Origin: an uncultured Verrucomicrobiae bacterium
GTDB taxonomy: Bacteria; Verrucomicrobiota; Verrucomicrobiia; Chthoniobacterales; Chthoniobacteraceae
Direction of reading: 5' to 3'
DNA: 64,000 nucleotides
Assembly (NCBI GenBank): GCA_963769025.1
Contig: CAVYKI010000006.1
Span: forward strand, 128,001 to 192,000
Numbering within the stretch: position 1 is the first letter of the stretch; every line of letters begins with the position of its first letter. Position numbers and translations under genes: made by a program. This document shows positions 61,626 to 64,000 of the stretch, in pieces. The notes beneath the pieces are model-generated. The model was not told where the DNA came from and made no database searches. It was given only the letters and a program-made list of their open reading frames with translations.

Positions 61626-62484
61626 ATGGGACTCAAAACTTTCCGTCCGCTCACACCGACCAACCGCTTCAAGATTCTTCCCGACTTCGCCGAGATCACC
61701 AAGAAGAAGCCCGAGAAGAGCTTGGTCGAATCCAAGCCGAAAACCGGCGGCCGCAACAACACACGGCCGGCATCACGACGCGTCACATCGGTGGCGGTCA
61801 CAAGCAGAAGTATCGGATCATCGATTTCAAGCGCAAGACGCGCGGCGTCGTCGCCAATGTCATCGCGATCGAATACGATCCGAACCGCACGTGCCGCATC
61901 GCGTTGCTCGAATACCCGGACAAGACGAAGGCTTACATCCTCGCTCCTGTCGGCCTCGTCGTCGGTGACAAAGTGAGCGCCGGCCCCGGAATCGAAGCCG
62001 AAAGTCGGCAACGCGCTGCCCCTGCAGGAAATCCCGCTCGGTGCATCGATTCACAACGTCGAACTCGCAGCCGGGCCGCGGCGGACAGATGGCGCGCAGC
62101 GCCGGTGCGCAGGTCATCCTGAACAACCGCGAAGGTGATTTTGCACTGCTCAAGCTGCCCTCCGGCGAAATCCGCCGCGTCCACGTGAAGTGCTACGCGA
62201 CGATCGGCCAGGTCGGCAACGTCGAGCACATGAACGTGAGCTCCGGCAAGGCAGGACGCAGCCGCTGGCGCGGTGTCCGCCCGACGGTGCGCGGCATGGT
62301 GATGAACCCGGTCGATCACCCGATGGGTGGCGGACAGGGCAAGTCCAAGGGCGGTGGCGGACGCCATCACCCGATGAGCCCGTGGGGCCAGCTTTCGAAG
62401 GGATTCAAGACCCGCCGGAAGCACAAGCCGAGCGATCGCTTCATCCTGCAACGCAAGACCGCAACGAAGAAAGCAGCACTCTAA
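61626..62484 (+). CDS. rplB: 50S ribosomal protein L2 (indels)
   Basis: [45 protein letters not shown]. Confidence 0.97.
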
Positions 62485-62490
62485 CCGACC

Positions 62491-62769
62491 ATGGGACGCA
62501 GCCTCAAAAAAGGACCGTTTGTCGAGCAGCACCTGCTCGAAAAAATCGACAAAATGAACGCCGCACCGGTGAAGAAGCCGATCAAGACCTGGTCGCGCCG
62601 CTCCACGGTCATTCCTGACTTCGTCGGGCACACGTTCCTCGTGCACAACGGGAAAGTTTTTAACTCGGTCTTCGTGACCGAAAACATGGTGGGGCATAAG
62701 CTTGGTGAATTTTCGCCCACGCGAATCTTCAAGAAGCACGGTGCCCATACCGCCAAGGTAGCGAAGTAG
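62491..62769 (+). CDS. rpsS: 30S ribosomal protein S19
   Basis: [33 protein letters not shown]. Confidence 0.99.
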   Translation: MGRSLKKGPFVEQHLLEKIDKMNAAPVKKPIKTWSRRSTVIPDFVGHTFLVHNGKVFNSVFVTENMVGHKLGEFSPTRIFKKHGAHTAKVAK

Positions 62770-62799
62770 CGGAAACGGCCGCGTGCCGGATTCTCAGCA

Positions 62800-63579
62800 A
62801 TGAAATCCATCGCGTCCGCCCTGCTATCCATCGCCCTTCTCGCGCCACTCGCGAGCGTCGGCCAGTCCGACGAACGTTCTTTGCCAACAACAGATTCTGA
62901 ATCCTCCGAGGTGACGGCACTCGTCGCCTTGGAAAAGCTCCTTGCTGAAAATCGGAAGCTGCGCGCAGACGTGGAGGATGCCAGGAAACTGGCCGCCGCC
63001 ACCACCGCCGAAGCCGAGATTTTCAAGCGCCAGGTGCAGGAACTCGCCCTTCGAATGGAGGCGCTGGGAACCAGCACGGCGGATCCTTCGAAACTCGAGC
63101 AGAGGCTCCTTCAGGCGGTCCATGACCTCCAGATTAGCGAGCGCAGCCGGAAAGCCTTGAGCACCCAACTGGTGCGCATGGCCGAACTGGCCCACGCGTT
63201 TCTCGAAAACCCGGATGCCGAGGCAAAGCTGGTCTTCCAAACCGAGCTGAAAAGCGCGGAGGAAATCCTCGTGAAGGCAGCCGTCGGTGATTTTGTCGCG
63301 CTTGAGCAAAAAGCGATGGAACCTGCTGCGGACCTGCAAAACGGGAAAGTCAGCGCAGTGAAGCCTGAACTGGGCTGCGTTGTCATCAACCTCGGGACCA
63401 AGCACGGCGTCAAAGTCGGCATGCCCTTCCAAGTGCGCCGCGGGACCCGGTTGGTTGCCACACTCAGGGTGGTGGATGCCAGGCAGGGCTTCGCAGGCAC
63501 CGTGATTCAGAATCTCGTTTCAGACAAAGACCCAATCAAACTGGGAGACACCGTGAAGGTGGACGCCCAAATCAACTAA
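62800..63579 (+). CDS. Hypothetical exported coiled-coil protein with C-terminal beta domain
   Basis: Intact 259-aa ORF filling the rpsS-rplV gap; signal peptide; heptad-rich middle; VVINLGTKHGVKVGMPF. Confidence 0.85.
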   Translation: MKSIASALLSIALLAPLASVGQSDERSLPTTDSESSEVTALVALEKLLAENRKLRADVEDARKLAAATTAEAEIFKRQVQELALRMEALGTSTADPSKLEQRLLQAVHDLQISERSRKALSTQLVRMAELAHAFLENPDAEAKLVFQTELKSAEEILVKAAVGDFVALEQKAMEPAADLQNGKVSAVKPELGCVVINLGTKHGVKVGMPFQVRRGTRLVATLRVVDARQGFAGTVIQNLVSDKDPIKLGDTVKVDAQIN

Positions 63580-63610
63580 CTTTTTAACAACAACCAACGC
63601 CACTCACTAA

Positions 63611-64000
63611 ATGGAAGTAAAAGCCATCCAAAGATTCGTGCGCATGTCGGCCTTCAAGGTCCGGGATGTGACTCGCGAGATTCAGGGCCGCCCCGTAGCG
63701 GTCGCGCTGGATATTGTGGCGTTTAGCCCGAAGAAAGCCGCATTTCTCGTCCAGAAGACGCTCAAGAGCGCCATCGCCAACGCCGAGAACAACCACAACC
63801 TGCGCGCCGACAAGCTCGTCGTGAAGGAAGCGGTCGCCGGCGAATCCACGACGATCAAGCGCTTCACCCCGAAGGCCCGCGGAAGCGCGGGTCCGATCCG
63901 GAAGCGCACGAGCCACATTTTCATCACCCTTTCCGACGAAATCACCGTCAAGCAGCGGGAAAAGAAGAGCGGCAAGTCGGCTTCGAAGAAGGCGGCCAAG
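63611..64000 (+). CDS. rplV: 50S ribosomal protein L22 (runs off the window end)
   Basis: MEVKAIQRFVRMSAFKVR, LKSAIANAENN, KRFTPKARGSAGPIRKRTSHI; absent from the ORF track because no stop is in the window. Confidence 0.97.
   Translation, partial: MEVKAIQRFVRMSAFKVRDVTREIQGRPVAVALDIVAFSPKKAAFLVQKTLKSAIANAENNHNLRADKLVVKEAVAGESTTIKRFTPKARGSAGPIRKRTSHIFITLSDEITVKQREKKSGKSASKKAAK

Noticed and set aside
57505..62484. Programmed frameshifting or pseudogenes in fusA and ribosomal protein genes
   Set aside because: Too many indels, no consistent slippery sites, and the genes are essential; sequencing error is more parsimonious.

Overview
A high-GC chromosomal segment, most consistent with a Verrucomicrobiota (PVC) bacterium. 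That assignment is inferred from the DUF1501/DUF1549/DUF1553 and planctomycete-cytochrome/WD40 genes, PQQ-type propellers, a pilin-like protein, fusA followed directly by rpsJ, and the EF-G N-terminus. Housekeeping genes are argS (3' end), metH, acpS, pdxJ, purH, a liv ABC transporter, a two-domain NDK, an aminotransferase, folP, a HisJ-type phosphatase, a split pta, ligA, hrpB, hpt, accBC, fabF and the str/S10 ribosomal cluster. They are interleaved with PVC-type exported proteins of unknown function. Many genes, including essential ones (fusA, rpsJ, rplD, rplW, rplB, accC), carry single-base indels in patches, best explained as long-read consensus errors. I recognised no rRNA, tRNA, CRISPR array, integrase or transposase. 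Most notable: (1) a signal-peptide, coiled-coil gene inserted inside the S10 operon between rpsS and rplV; (2) a tightly coupled four-gene operon of exported proteins (two DXDD-less prenyltransferase/squalene-cyclase-fold proteins, YdjY-like, NPCBM-like); (3) a tandem NDK with one degenerate domain behind a terminator-like leader; (4) a pilin-like gene with 11-bp-periodic GTAACAT boxes upstream of an OmpR-type two-component system; (5) a divergent LigA with a low-GC 3' end followed by a SWIM-finger gene; (6) several small intergenic inverted-repeat families. All calls come from reading motifs by eye; no database searches were run.
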